Shown: positions 28,481-37,601, numbered from the stretch's first letter. The stretch: 62,747 nucleotides of DNA from Candidatus Saccharimonadota bacterium (GCA_017992295.1 JAGOOV010000001.1:1-62747), one strand, 5' to 3'. The notes: generated by a model not told the origin, from the sequence alone. Program-made: numbers and translations.

Positions 28481-29116
28481 TTAATTATATTGCTTGTCAG
28501 ATTCGTCTATAAAATTAATCAGCTGGTTAATTATATCCAAAAATATAACTTTGGGTTGCCTGTTGCCATTAATTGTTAATAACATTTCTAAACCTTTGTA
28601 ATGATTGATAACGGGCACGGTCTTTTGTTTGTACTCTTGTAATCTAGTTGTTAAAGCTGACTTTGTGTCATCTCCTCGTAAACCCCGATCCATTATTTTT
28701 TTGTGAGCTTCCCATCTCTCCCAAACAACATTTTCCGGTACGTCTATCAGAATAACCGCTTTAAGCGGGTGACCAGATTCCTCACTGGCTTTAATAACAT
28801 CATTTTCTTCACCTTTCCACCTGCCAACGGAGTTTAAAACAAGTGGTTTGTTGCTAAAACCAGGGTCGTTTAAGTAAGGTAAAACTATGGTCTTATAATT
28901 TTTTGTTGGTGCCAATTTACCGGCGTTCAGGCTTTCCTGTATTTTTTTGGAATCATATTTTTTGCGCAAAATCTCACCTCCGCCAATCAACATCGCGTCT
29001 AGCTCTTTTGCAAGCATCTTACCTTGCGTGTCTTTCCCGGAAAAGGGTCTACCAAAAATGTTTACAGATCCTAGTTTCAACCAGTCTTTGATAAATTCAA
29101 TTGTTTCAGCATCCAT
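28481..29116 (-). CDS. adenylate/nucleoside-monophosphate kinase family protein
   Basis: Degenerate P-loop GRPFSGKDTQ. The start is moved to the internal ATG at 29116 because the longer ORF would run through the CIRCE operator. Confidence 0.5.
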   Translation of the reverse strand: MDAETIEFIKDWLKLGSVNIFGRPFSGKDTQGKMLAKELDAMLIGGGEILRKKYDSKKIQESLNAGKLAPTKNYKTIVLPYLNDPGFSNKPLVLNSVGRWKGEENDVIKASEESGHPLKAVILIDVPENVVWERWEAHKKIMDRGLRGDDTKSALTTRLQEYKQKTVPVINHYKGLEMLLTINGNRQPKVIFLDIINQLINFIDESDKQYN

Positions 29117-29145
29117 TAACTTTAGATTATACCAATAAAATGTAA

Positions 29146-29172
29146 TTAGCACTCTTGACACTTGAGTGCTAA
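29146..29172. promoter_or_regulatory. CIRCE operator (perfect) with embedded -35
   Basis: TTAGCACTC-TTGACACTT-GAGTGCTAA matches the TTAGCACTC-N9-GAGTGCTAA consensus exactly. The spacer contains TTGACA, and TATTAT lies 18 nt downstream. Confidence 0.9.
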
Positions 29173-29195
29173 TTTATGTATTATTTGTTTGACTA

Positions 29196-29222
29196 TTAGC
29201 AAACGCTAGCTAGGAGTGATAA
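29196..29222. promoter_or_regulatory. second, degenerate CIRCE-like element overlapping the hrcA SD
   Basis: TTAGCAAAC-GCTAGCTAG-GAGTGATAA has 3 mismatches to consensus and ends 1 nt before the GTG start. Confidence 0.55.
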
Positions 29223-29223
29223 C

Positions 29224-29931
29224 GTGACAGAAAGACAAGCCAAAATATTAAACGCCATCGTGGAACAATACGCTGAGGTGGCTTCACCTGTTGGTTCGGT
29301 GTTACTGGCTAATATTTTTGGTGTATCATCGGCTACTATCAGAGCGGAGATGGCTAAACTAGAATATATGGGTTACATCAAGCAACCGCATACCAGCGCC
29401 GGTCGTGTGCCTACAGATAAGGGGTATCGCTTTTATGTCAATCATGTAACGGAGACGAAAAGTAACCTGCTTACTCCAATCAATCGCAGTGCGAGAGCGA
29501 TTGATGTAAGGGTGCGCGATTCCGGGGAGGCCGATAGAGCCATCAAATCGGCAGTTAACAGTTTGGTGGAAATAACCCAAAATCTAGGTTTGGCGACAAT
29601 CGGTAATCAGTTATATATAAGAGGTATTTCGAATTTGTTCGGACAGCCCGAATTTGCAGACGGTTTGGCCGTCTACGAGGTGGCTAAGTTGTTAGACAAT
29701 TTGGAGCCATGGTTGCGCGAAACCCAGCCTAACGAGCCCCTAAGCGTTTATATAGGCCAAGAAAACCCTATAGGTAAGGCTAGCGGTTGCAGTCTAATTG
29801 TTAGCCGTTTTAGATCCCCCTATAGCGACAGAAGTTATATAGGGGTCGTTGGCCCGACTCGCCAAAGCTATGCACAAGTAATGGGGCTGGTTAAGCATGC
29901 CGGAGAAATCCTAGAATCGGTAATTTATTAA
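29224..29931 (+). CDS. hrcA: heat-inducible transcription repressor HrcA (short form, 235 aa)
   Basis: Winged-helix N-terminus ERQAKILNAIVEQY...PVGS...SSATIRAEMAKLE..GYI.QPHTSAGRVPTDKGYRFYV, and its position before grpE-dnaK. Confidence 0.85.
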   Translation: MTERQAKILNAIVEQYAEVASPVGSVLLANIFGVSSATIRAEMAKLEYMGYIKQPHTSAGRVPTDKGYRFYVNHVTETKSNLLTPINRSARAIDVRVRDSGEADRAIKSAVNSLVEITQNLGLATIGNQLYIRGISNLFGQPEFADGLAVYEVAKLLDNLEPWLRETQPNEPLSVYIGQENPIGKASGCSLIVSRFRSPYSDRSYIGVVGPTRQSYAQVMGLVKHAGEILESVIY

Positions 29932-29940
29932 GGAGAGAAA

Positions 29941-30408
29941 ATGCCCAAAAAAGCTAGAAAAACTATCAAAAAGAACGATCAGGACTTAATAGAAGTATTA
30001 ACGGCTGACTTGCAACGTATTCAGGCAGATTTTATAAACTTTAAAACAAGGACTGAATCTAACCGAATTAAAGACATCAACCTCGGCAAAGAAAAAGCCA
30101 TAGAGGCGCTGTTGCCGATATTAGACAATCTAGAGCGGGCTATAGCCCACGAACCGAGAGACATAAAAAGCCACCCTTGGGTCAAAGGTGTAGCGCAAAT
30201 GGTCAAGCAATTAGATACCCAGTTAAGGTCGATTGGGGTTGTGAAAATTAATAACATAGGAGAAGCCTTCGACCCTTATAAACACGAGGCTGTAATGATG
30301 GAAGAGTCTAGTGGCAATACGGAAGTAGTAGCTGACATTCTACAAGCCGGCTACCAGTTTGGTGAAACAATAATCCGTCCGGCCAAAGTAAAGGTTAAGA
30401 GAGTGTAA
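29941..30408 (+). CDS. grpE: nucleotide exchange factor GrpE
   Basis: DFINFKTR..., LLPILDNLERA and FDPYKHEAV motifs. Confidence 0.85.
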   Translation: MPKKARKTIKKNDQDLIEVLTADLQRIQADFINFKTRTESNRIKDINLGKEKAIEALLPILDNLERAIAHEPRDIKSHPWVKGVAQMVKQLDTQLRSIGVVKINNIGEAFDPYKHEAVMMEESSGNTEVVADILQAGYQFGETIIRPAKVKVKRV

Positions 30409-30410
30409 TA

Positions 30411-30623
30411 ATGGCCTCAGAACTTATGTCAGCCAACGAAGAGTGGGATATAGAACTAAAAGCTTTAGTGAATTGCTTCAGGGAGGATTTCAAAGTGGGT
30501 CAAGAAACGCAAACCAAAGAAGAACATGAAAAGGCCGTTAGGGTTTATCATAATTTAGTGGAAATGGGCTACTCTCAGAGATTAATTGATTTAGCATTCA
30601 GCGAAGCAGCGAGTGATATTTAA
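30411..30623 (+). CDS. small acidic hypothetical protein, possible UBA-like C-terminus
   Basis: The ATG lies 2 nt after the grpE stop. The C-terminal YHNLVEMGYSQRLIDLAFSEA resembles UBA helix1-MGY-helix2. Confidence 0.5.
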   Translation: MASELMSANEEWDIELKALVNCFREDFKVGQETQTKEEHEKAVRVYHNLVEMGYSQRLIDLAFSEAASDI

Positions 30624-30730
30624 TCGTATGAAAAGGATAGGCCGGTAAAGTGGAATAGTAAAATTGAGTGAGGCAAGTAATTTATAAAGCAACGTTAAAG
30701 CAATAACAATTATCGTAAAGGAGGATTATT

Positions 30731-32626
30731 ATGGGAAAAATTTTAGGAATCGATCTAGGAACGACTAACAGTGCAATGGCAGTAATGGAAGGCGGGAAAC
30801 CTGAAATTGTTGCTAACGCCGAAGGTAGCCGAACCACCCCAAGCGTGGTCGCTATCAATAAAAACGGTGAACGTCTAGTCGGTCAACTGGCTCGTCGTCA
30901 GGCAGTAACCAATCCAAAAAATACCGTTTATGAGATGAAACGGTTAATTGGCCGCCGTTGGGAGGATAAAGAAGTCCAGCGTGATATCAAATTGATGGGC
31001 TATGAGATGGTTAAAAGCGGTACCAGTGTAAAGGTTAAGATGGGCGACAAAGAGTATAGCCCCGAAGAGCTTAGCGCTATGGTGCTGGCCAAATTAAAAG
31101 CTGACGCCGAAAGTTATCTAGGGCAACCGGTTACCGAAGCAGTTATCACAGTTCCAGCTTATTTCGATGATGCGCAACGTCAAGCTACCAAAGATGCCGG
31201 GAAAATTGCCGGACTAGAGGTAAAACGAATTATCAACGAACCGACCGCGGCAGCCTTAGCCTACGGCTTAGACAAGGATAAGAAAGACGAAAAGATTGCC
31301 GTTTACGACTTGGGTGGTGGTACTTTTGATATTTCTATTCTGGAATTAGGCGATGGGGTTTTCGAAGTAAAAAGCACGAACGGCGATACTCATCTTGGAG
31401 GCGCTGATTTTGACAGAGTGATAGTTAATCATTTACTTGAAGAGTTTAAAAAACAAAGCGGTGTAGATATTGCCGATGACCGTAGCGCCATGCAACGTCT
31501 TCGTGACGAAGCCGAGAAGGCCAAAATAGAACTTAGCACGACTAACGAGGTTAATATTAACCTGCCATTTTTAACAGCTACCGCCGAAGGCCCCGTACAT
31601 TTTGAACTTAAATTGACTCGGGCTAAGTTGGAGAGTTTAATCGGCGATTTGGTAACTCGCACCAAAATTCCTTGTGACAAAGCCATGAAAGATGCCGGCA
31701 TTAAACAAAGCGAGATTGACGCTGTTGTGCTGGTAGGGGGTATGACCCGTATGCCTTTGGTTGTTAAAAAAGTAAAAGAAATTTTTGGTAAAGAACCGAT
31801 GAAAGGGGTGAACCCCGATGAAGTCGTAGCTACGGGTGCAGCTATACAGGGTGGCGTATTAGCCGGCGACGTCAAAGACGTTTTGTTACTCGACGTTACT
31901 CCGTTGAGTCTTGGTATCGAAACACTGGGAGGCGTCAGCACTAAATTGATAGAAAGAAATACGACCATTCCAACCAGTAAAAGCGAAGTGTTCAGTACGG
32001 CTGCCGATAACCAACCGCAAGTCGAAATACATGTTCTGCAGGGTGAACGCGAGATGTCGGCCGATAATAAGAGTTTAGGTCGATTTATTTTAGACGGAAT
32101 TGCTCCGGCGCCACGCGGTATTCCTCAGATTGAAGTTACCTTTAACCTGGATGCCAACGGTATATTAAACGTTACTGCCAAAGATAAAGGAACCGGCAAA
32201 GAACAGAGCATTACTATTCAAAACAGTGGCAACTTGAGTAAAGAAGATGTGGAAAAGGCCCGCAAAGAAGCCGAGAGTCACGCTGAAGAAGATAAGAAAA
32301 AGCGAGAAGCTATCGACAGCAAAAATCAGCTCGAGAATGCTATATACCAGGCGGAAAAATTGAAAAATGACAATAGCGATAAATTAAGCGAAGAAGACAA
32401 GAAAGCTTTAGATGAGGCTGTAGAAGAAGCTAAAAAGAAACTGGAAAGTACCAACAAAGAAGAGATAGAAGCCGCCACTAAAGAGCTGTCTAATAAAATA
32501 ATGCCAATTGGCGCCAAGCTTTACGAGCAATCAACATCCCCTGCAAGTGATGACAAAAAAGAGGACAATAAAGACGAGGGTAAAGAGGGACCAGTGGAAG
32601 GCGAAGTCGTTGACGATAAAAAATAG
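30731..32626 (+). CDS. dnaK: molecular chaperone DnaK (Hsp70)
   Basis: [27 protein letters not shown], and an acidic/Lys-rich C-terminal tail. SD AAGGAGG. Confidence 0.97.
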   Translation: MGKILGIDLGTTNSAMAVMEGGKPEIVANAEGSRTTPSVVAINKNGERLVGQLARRQAVTNPKNTVYEMKRLIGRRWEDKEVQRDIKLMGYEMVKSGTSVKVKMGDKEYSPEELSAMVLAKLKADAESYLGQPVTEAVITVPAYFDDAQRQATKDAGKIAGLEVKRIINEPTAAALAYGLDKDKKDEKIAVYDLGGGTFDISILELGDGVFEVKSTNGDTHLGGADFDRVIVNHLLEEFKKQSGVDIADDRSAMQRLRDEAEKAKIELSTTNEVNINLPFLTATAEGPVHFELKLTRAKLESLIGDLVTRTKIPCDKAMKDAGIKQSEIDAVVLVGGMTRMPLVVKKVKEIFGKEPMKGVNPDEVVATGAAIQGGVLAGDVKDVLLLDVTPLSLGIETLGGVSTKLIERNTTIPTSKSEVFSTAADNQPQVEIHVLQGEREMSADNKSLGRFILDGIAPAPRGIPQIEVTFNLDANGILNVTAKDKGTGKEQSITIQNSGNLSKEDVEKARKEAESHAEEDKKKREAIDSKNQLENAIYQAEKLKNDNSDKLSEEDKKALDEAVEEAKKKLESTNKEEIEAATKELSNKIMPIGAKLYEQSTSPASDDKKEDNKDEGKEGPVEGEVVDDKK

Positions 32627-32648
32627 TAGTGGTAAATAAGGGATTAGA

Positions 32649-32807
32649 GTGGAAACATACCTAAAATTACCGGACGAAAAAGATGTAAGGGACCTGCCTG
32701 AGCATGATGAGTTCAAAGTATGTCGAGAAGCATTAAGAATCTCTCCGACGATAGAACTCGGAAGCGAAGCTGTTGGTACTGAAATACCTCTCGACTCGAA
32801 AGGATAA
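32649..32807 (+). CDS. possible 52-codon ORF (GTG start)
   Basis: Hand-translated acidic peptide (ETYLKLPDEKDVRDLPEHDEF...), with AAGGGA upstream. It is below the track cutoff. Confidence 0.3.
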   Translation: METYLKLPDEKDVRDLPEHDEFKVCREALRISPTIELGSEAVGTEIPLDSKG

Positions 32808-32826
32808 GTTTCTTTAAGGTTACGAA

Positions 32827-33393
32827 GTGAAATTACCAGAATTAGTTTACAGAAAATACAAGAGGCTTGAAGAGTTGTCGGGCAGCAGAGATACATTTAA
32901 TGCAATAGAAATGGCTGTAATACTTAGAAGTTTATTAATTACCGATGGTAATGGACTAATATCTCAATTATTAAGGGAGCACCCAGAGTATAGACCAAGG
33001 AGTAAAAAAAGCAGAATTACATTCAGGATTGCTAAAAGTCAACTTATTGGTGATTATGGCTGGGTGATGGAAGGTATAGTGCCAGACCCAACATTCCCGA
33101 TTAAACAAAATGTAGCCAATGTCACCAGAGATGCTTTTCTCAAGACAGGAGTTGTAAAAAGTCAAAATATAATATTTTCAGTTCATGATGTTATTGATTT
33201 TTTGGCTAACAAAGAAGGTGGCGTACATCGAGATCGGAATAGCACAAATGAAATATTAATACAGTTGCAGGATGAGTTTAGGGTTGGTGGAACAGAAGGG
33301 GTTGCAGCTACAATGTGTGGAATATCTCAGGTAGTTACAGACGGTTTAAAACCAATTATTAATTTGATGGAAGCGAATAATAAATATGGCTAA
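32827..33393 (+). CDS. hypothetical protein inserted between dnaK and dnaJ
   Basis: 188-aa ORF with lower GC than its neighbours. Its 3' end overlaps the dnaJ start by 8 nt. No family was recognised. Confidence 0.6.
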   Translation: MKLPELVYRKYKRLEELSGSRDTFNAIEMAVILRSLLITDGNGLISQLLREHPEYRPRSKKSRITFRIAKSQLIGDYGWVMEGIVPDPTFPIKQNVANVTRDAFLKTGVVKSQNIIFSVHDVIDFLANKEGGVHRDRNSTNEILIQLQDEFRVGGTEGVAATMCGISQVVTDGLKPIINLMEANNKYG

Positions 33394-34498
33394 GCGAGAT
33401 TATTACGAAGTATTGGGTGTAAGTAAAAACGCGAGTGCCGATGAAATAAAAAAAGCATTTCGCCGTTTGGCTGTGCAGTACCATCCCGATAAAGAAGGCG
33501 GTGACGAGTCTAAGTTTAAAGAAATCAACGAAGCGTACGAAGTCTTAAAAGATAGCGACAAGAGGCAGCGCTATGATCAGTTCGGTCACGCGGGGGTTGG
33601 TGGCGCGTCTGGCTCAGCCGGTGGAGCAAGTGGCTTTGGCGGGTATGATTTTGGCGGGTTTCAGAGTCAAAATATTAGCTTCGACTTCGGTGACATGGGC
33701 CTAGGGGATATTTTTAGTAGTTTTTTTGGTGGACAATCACAGCGCCAGGGAAATCGCAAAGGGCGTGATATAGAGACATTGCTAGAATTAACTTTTGAAC
33801 AAGCTGTTTTTGGTGTAACCGAAACTATAAAATTAAATGTCGAAGCCGAGTGTGTACATTGTAAGGGTAGTGGCGCAGAACCCGGATATAGTCTAAAAAG
33901 TTGCCCAACATGTAAAGGACGAGGACAAGTTACCACAGCCACGAGAACTATTTTTGGCAATATCCAGCAGGTCAGCACTTGTCAAACGTGTCACGGAAGT
34001 GGCAAAGTGCCTGAAAAAAATTGCACAGTTTGCGGCGGTAAAGGAGTCAAGCGACGCGAGCAAAAAGTGGAACTTAAAATTCCTGCCGGCATAGATGATG
34101 GTGCAACTATTCGCTTGCGAGAATACGGTGAAGCCATACTAAATGGCCCTAAGGGAGATTTGTTCGTGCATATTAGGGTAAGGCCTCATAAAAAATTTAC
34201 CCGCGAGGGCGATTTGATACTAAGTCACGAAGACATTGATATGGTTACTGCCGCACTAGGAGGCGAGATAAAAGTAGAAACTGTAGATGGCCCGATAACT
34301 ATGAAGGTTCCCGCCGGCACACAAAGTGGCACCGACTTTAAGTTGTCAAATCACGGCGTACCGCATATTAAGAGCAGTCAGCGTGGAGCGCATATTGTAA
34401 CCATAGATGTCAAGACGCCTACGAAACTTACCAAGAGGCAGAAAGAATTACTGGAAGAGTTTAAAAACAACCCCGGCAAGCATGGTTTCTTCCACTAG
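33386..34498 (+). CDS. dnaJ: molecular chaperone DnaJ (type I)
   Basis: J domain with HPD (YHPDKE), a G/F-rich region, and four CxxCxGxG zinc-finger repeats. Confidence 0.95.
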   Translation: MAKRDYYEVLGVSKNASADEIKKAFRRLAVQYHPDKEGGDESKFKEINEAYEVLKDSDKRQRYDQFGHAGVGGASGSAGGASGFGGYDFGGFQSQNISFDFGDMGLGDIFSSFFGGQSQRQGNRKGRDIETLLELTFEQAVFGVTETIKLNVEAECVHCKGSGAEPGYSLKSCPTCKGRGQVTTATRTIFGNIQQVSTCQTCHGSGKVPEKNCTVCGGKGVKRREQKVELKIPAGIDDGATIRLREYGEAILNGPKGDLFVHIRVRPHKKFTREGDLILSHEDIDMVTAALGGEIKVETVDGPITMKVPAGTQSGTDFKLSNHGVPHIKSSQRGAHIVTIDVKTPTKLTKRQKELLEEFKNNPGKHGFFH

Positions 34499-34545
34499 AA
34501 TGGATATAGACAAAATATAAGTATAAGAGTTAATATCAGTTTAAA

Positions 34546-34656
34546 ATGCAAAAGCCAAGTCAAGCTGGTTTCATCCCGATGATAATAATGCTATTGCTTA
34601 TACTGCTATTAGCAATTATTTTTGTATTTATTCGTGTGCTAAACGCTAACAGATGA
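34546..34656 (+). CDS. possible 36-codon hydrophobic peptide
   Basis: Hand-translated MQKPSQAGFIPMIIMLLLILLLAIIFVFIRVLNANR with one TM helix. No clear SD. Confidence 0.25.
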   Translation: MQKPSQAGFIPMIIMLLLILLLAIIFVFIRVLNANR

Positions 34657-34674
34657 GAATAGTAAATTTTTACA

Positions 34675-34703
34675 TTGACAAAAATAGATAATAATGCTAT
34701 TAT
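34675..34703 (+). promoter_or_regulatory. near-consensus sigma70-type promoter
   Basis: TTGACA, a 17-nt spacer, then TATTAT, upstream of the rimK-associated gene triad. Confidence 0.5.
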
Positions 34704-34735
34704 TTGCAAAATTCTAACTGGTAACTAACAATATT

Positions 34736-35197
34736 ATGATTTTGATGAAAAATAGGCAAGTTATTGGCACAGCCGAGATTATAGAAATCCCTAAGGCTAA
34801 TTTGGTAAATGTACCAGCCAAAGTAGACACGGGTGCATATTATAGCTCTATTTGGGCAAGCAACATTACCGTAACCGATAAAGGCCTAGAATTTGTTTTG
34901 TTTGACAAGAAATCACCGCTTTACAGCGGTAAGCCTATAAAGGTAAAGAATTATTATAGATCTAAAATCCGCAATTCTTTTGGCCATGGCGAAGAGCGAT
35001 TTCGCATTAAGCTGCTCATAAGAGTTGGTAAAAAGAGTTATAAAACAGACTTTACTTTGGCCAACCGTTCGATTAACAAATATCCAATATTGCTCGGTCG
35101 GAGTTTGCTACACGATAGATTTATTGTTGACGTAACAAAAAAAGATGTGCACTTTAATAAGCTACAGACTAAACTAGGTAAGGAAAGTAAACTATGA
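34736..35197 (+). CDS. RimK-associated retropepsin-like protease (COG4067-type, often annotated as ATP-dependent zinc protease)
   Basis: VPAKVDTGAYYSSI (D-T/S-G aspartic-protease-like signature) and ATGA coupling to rimK. Confidence 0.6.
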   Translation: MILMKNRQVIGTAEIIEIPKANLVNVPAKVDTGAYYSSIWASNITVTDKGLEFVLFDKKSPLYSGKPIKVKNYYRSKIRNSFGHGEERFRIKLLIRVGKKSYKTDFTLANRSINKYPILLGRSLLHDRFIVDVTKKDVHFNKLQTKLGKESKL

Positions 35198-36096
35198 GAA
35201 TCGTAATTTTATCTAAGGGTCCGGGCAACTACTCGACTAAACGTTTAAAAAAAGTAGCTATCGAGCGGGGGCACGATGTTAAGGTCGTAGATTATGCGCG
35301 CTGTTATATCAGCGTTGAGCAAGATAAACCAAAGGTAAGGTACGAGGGCGAAAATATATCCGGTGTTGATGCTATAATTCCTCGAATTTCCGCCAATTAC
35401 ACAAAATATGGATCATCTATTGTAAGGCAATTTGAAATGATGGGTGTTTATACGACGACTAAATCAATAGCTCTTTCAAGAGCACGCGATAAACTGCGTA
35501 GTTTGCAAATATTAGCCAAATCGGGTGTAGGTATCCCTAAAACCGTTTTCAGTCGAGAGACGGATGAAGTTGACGACATTCTGGATATGCTGGGTGGAGC
35601 TCCGGTAATAATTAAAGTGGCTAAAGGCACACATGGCAAAGGAGTAGTGCTGGCCGAAACCAAAAAAGCGGCTAAAGCCGTGATGCAAGCTTTTTATGTT
35701 GAAGGGGTTAACTTTCTAATTCAAGAATTTATTGCCGAAAGTGCAGGTTCGGATATTAGGGCGTTCGTTGTCGGCAATCAGGTGGTTGCAAGCATGAAAC
35801 GCCAAAGCCTGGATGATGATTTTAGATCTAATTTACACATGGGCGGAGAGGGTAAAGCCATTAAACTCACCGAAACCGAAAAAAAGATGGCATTAAAAGC
35901 TGCCAAAGCTATGGGTCTTCAAATTTGCGGTGTTGACATGATTAGGTCAGAGCAAGGCCCAATGGTACTAGAGGTTAATGCCAGCCCAGGTTTTAGAATC
36001 GAACAGGTCACAAATAGAGATATCGCAACGAAAATAATTGAATACGTCGAAAAAAATGCCAAACAAAGAAACCGTAAAGATAGAATCGGTGCGTAG
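35194..36096 (+). CDS. rimK: ATP-grasp alpha-L-glutamate ligase RimK
   Basis: MRIVILS..., VIIKVAKGTHGKGV, DIRAFVVG, GVDMIRS..GPMVLEVNASPG. Confidence 0.85.
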   Translation: MRIVILSKGPGNYSTKRLKKVAIERGHDVKVVDYARCYISVEQDKPKVRYEGENISGVDAIIPRISANYTKYGSSIVRQFEMMGVYTTTKSIALSRARDKLRSLQILAKSGVGIPKTVFSRETDEVDDILDMLGGAPVIIKVAKGTHGKGVVLAETKKAAKAVMQAFYVEGVNFLIQEFIAESAGSDIRAFVVGNQVVASMKRQSLDDDFRSNLHMGGEGKAIKLTETEKKMALKAAKAMGLQICGVDMIRSEQGPMVLEVNASPGFRIEQVTNRDIATKIIEYVEKNAKQRNRKDRIGA

Positions 36097-36550
36097 GCAA
36101 AAAAGTCCGTTAGCGGTGATACTAGCCTCGTTAACGATAGTCGTGTTGTTGGTTTGTGGGTTTGCGATGTTTCGTTACTGGGTGAGCCAAGTTGAATACA
36201 AAGATGTACAGATAGGCAATCGGATATTCGTGCTTGAAGTTGCAGATACTGAGGCGGCTCGCGAAAGAGGGTTGTCGGAAAGAGACAGCCTGGGTATCAA
36301 TAAAGGTATGCTGTTTGACTTTAAAAAAGACGGCAACTGGCGAATGTGGATGTTGAAGATGCGACTTAACATAGATATTGCCTGGGTAAGCAGCAGCGGC
36401 GAAATAATATACATTAAAAGAAATGCAACGCCCGGCTCTTTTCCGGAAGCTTATCAAGCCAATCGACCCAGCCGTTATGTAATAGAAGTGCCGGCACGCA
36501 CCTTTGAGAGGTTGAATATCAAGGTGGGGGATTATATAAAAATAAATTGA
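36038..36550 (+). CDS. DUF192 domain protein with N-terminal TM anchor
   Basis: LEVADTEAARERGLSERDSL..NKGMLFDF...MWMLKMRLNIDIAW pattern. The true start is probably downstream (for example GTG near 36086), since the longest ORF overlaps rimK by 59 nt. Confidence 0.55.
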   Translation: MNTSKKMPNKETVKIESVRRQKSPLAVILASLTIVVLLVCGFAMFRYWVSQVEYKDVQIGNRIFVLEVADTEAARERGLSERDSLGINKGMLFDFKKDGNWRMWMLKMRLNIDIAWVSSSGEIIYIKRNATPGSFPEAYQANRPSRYVIEVPARTFERLNIKVGDYIKIN

Positions 36551-36589
36551 TTATGGTTTTTAACGTTTCGTTATTGCTATTATAAAGAT

Positions 36590-37069
36590 ATGGTAGTAGC
36601 TATTGTGGTGGGTTCGGCTTGTGCTTTGCTAGGTGTTCTGGCCATCATCTTGCGTAGTAATGCTGTGTATATGCTGTTAACGTTATGTGCCGGAGCTATT
36701 TTAGCCGAGTTAACGGCTCAAGATGTAACGCAGATACTCAATTCGCTTATTAGTGTAAATATTCCAATTTATTCTTATGTGCAGATAGCTCTTCTATTAA
36801 TTGCTCCGGTTATTTTGTTGATAATGTATCGAAAGTCAGCGGGCAGCAAACTCATATTGCAGCTAGTGCCAGCTATTGTTTTTGCGCTAATTTCTTTTAT
36901 GGTAATTTCCGAAGCGCTACCGTACGATATGCAGACACAAATAAAAGAATCACAAATATATACCTTTATTGAGCCTTATTACGAAATAGCAATAGCCGTT
37001 GGTCTGTTTGCTTGTATGTTCTATTTTTGGATTCAAAAACCACGTCACGATAAGTCAAGTAAAAAATAA
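36590..37069 (+). CDS. hypothetical multipass membrane protein
   Basis: Four to five TM helices. Confidence 0.45.
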   Translation: MVVAIVVGSACALLGVLAIILRSNAVYMLLTLCAGAILAELTAQDVTQILNSLISVNIPIYSYVQIALLLIAPVILLIMYRKSAGSKLILQLVPAIVFALISFMVISEALPYDMQTQIKESQIYTFIEPYYEIAIAVGLFACMFYFWIQKPRHDKSSKK

Positions 37070-37244
37070 TCATTTTAATACAAATTGACAAATCATCGTA
37101 AATAAGAGAGAATAATTTTGCTCAAAACCGAATACAAAAATACGAACCAGGCGAATGCTCTTTGTATTTTTGAAAGGAACGAGCATAGAAGGTCGAAGAT
37201 TAAGAACTCGTTTATTGTTGCAGATCGCTAGCGACTTGCAGCGT

Positions 37245-37321
37245 GGGCCCATAGCTCAGCCGGTTAGAGCACCTGCCTTTTAAGCAGGGTGTCGTGGGTT
37301 CGAGTCCCACTGGGCCCTCCA
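37245..37321 (+). tRNA. tRNA-Lys (UUU)
   Basis: GGGCCCA/TGGGCCC acceptor stem, anticodon loop CTTTTAA, T arm GTGGGTTCGAGTCCCAC, encoded CCA. Confidence 0.9.
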
Positions 37322-37330
37322 ATTTTAGAT

Positions 37331-37352
37331 CCCCTCGTAAGGAGGGGGTTTT
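37331..37352 (+). terminator. rho-independent terminator after tRNA-Lys
   Basis: Stem CCCCTC / GAGGGG followed by GTTTT. Confidence 0.6.
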
Positions 37353-37601
37353 AAATTATTGAGTTCTTATTAAGGATTTTAGACCCACGTAAATTTAGTT
37401 GCGAGAGAGCGTTAGCGAATAAATAAACCAGAAGCCTGCTTGTTGTACAGCTTATTAGCACGTTAAACCTTTTGTATGGACATTTTGTTTAATATTTTTT
37501 GCTTCGCTATTTTGTGAGCTAGAGAAGGTCTCCTAGGTAGTAAAGTGACAGGCATAAAATAACTCGCAACAATCGAGTTTTTTTAGCGATGGTTTAGATT
37601 A

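Noticed and set aside
31429-31968. 179-aa ORF antisense to dnaK, and similar long antisense ORFs at 58353-58928 (rny), 40466-40879 (ruvA), 53456-53779 (recA), 23593-24267 (ftsH) and 52317-52634 (pilB).
   Set aside because: They lie entirely within strongly supported conserved genes on the opposite strand. Their composition is low-complexity and Ser/Thr/Pro-rich, typical of shadow frames, and they have no SD or start context.
36038-36096. 59-nt overlap of the DUF192 ORF with rimK, considered as a possible programmed frameshift or fusion.
   Set aside because: A later GTG start near the rimK stop explains it more simply. The conserved DUF192 core begins well downstream.
37070-37601. Possible integrated element at tRNA-Lys, which has 175 nt and 280 nt of non-coding flanks and a 60-aa minus-strand ORF.
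   Set aside because: No integrase, no duplicated tRNA 3' end and no phage or plasmid genes are nearby. The 60-aa ORF lacks signals. The flanks probably hold just a promoter, a terminator and the comEC leader.
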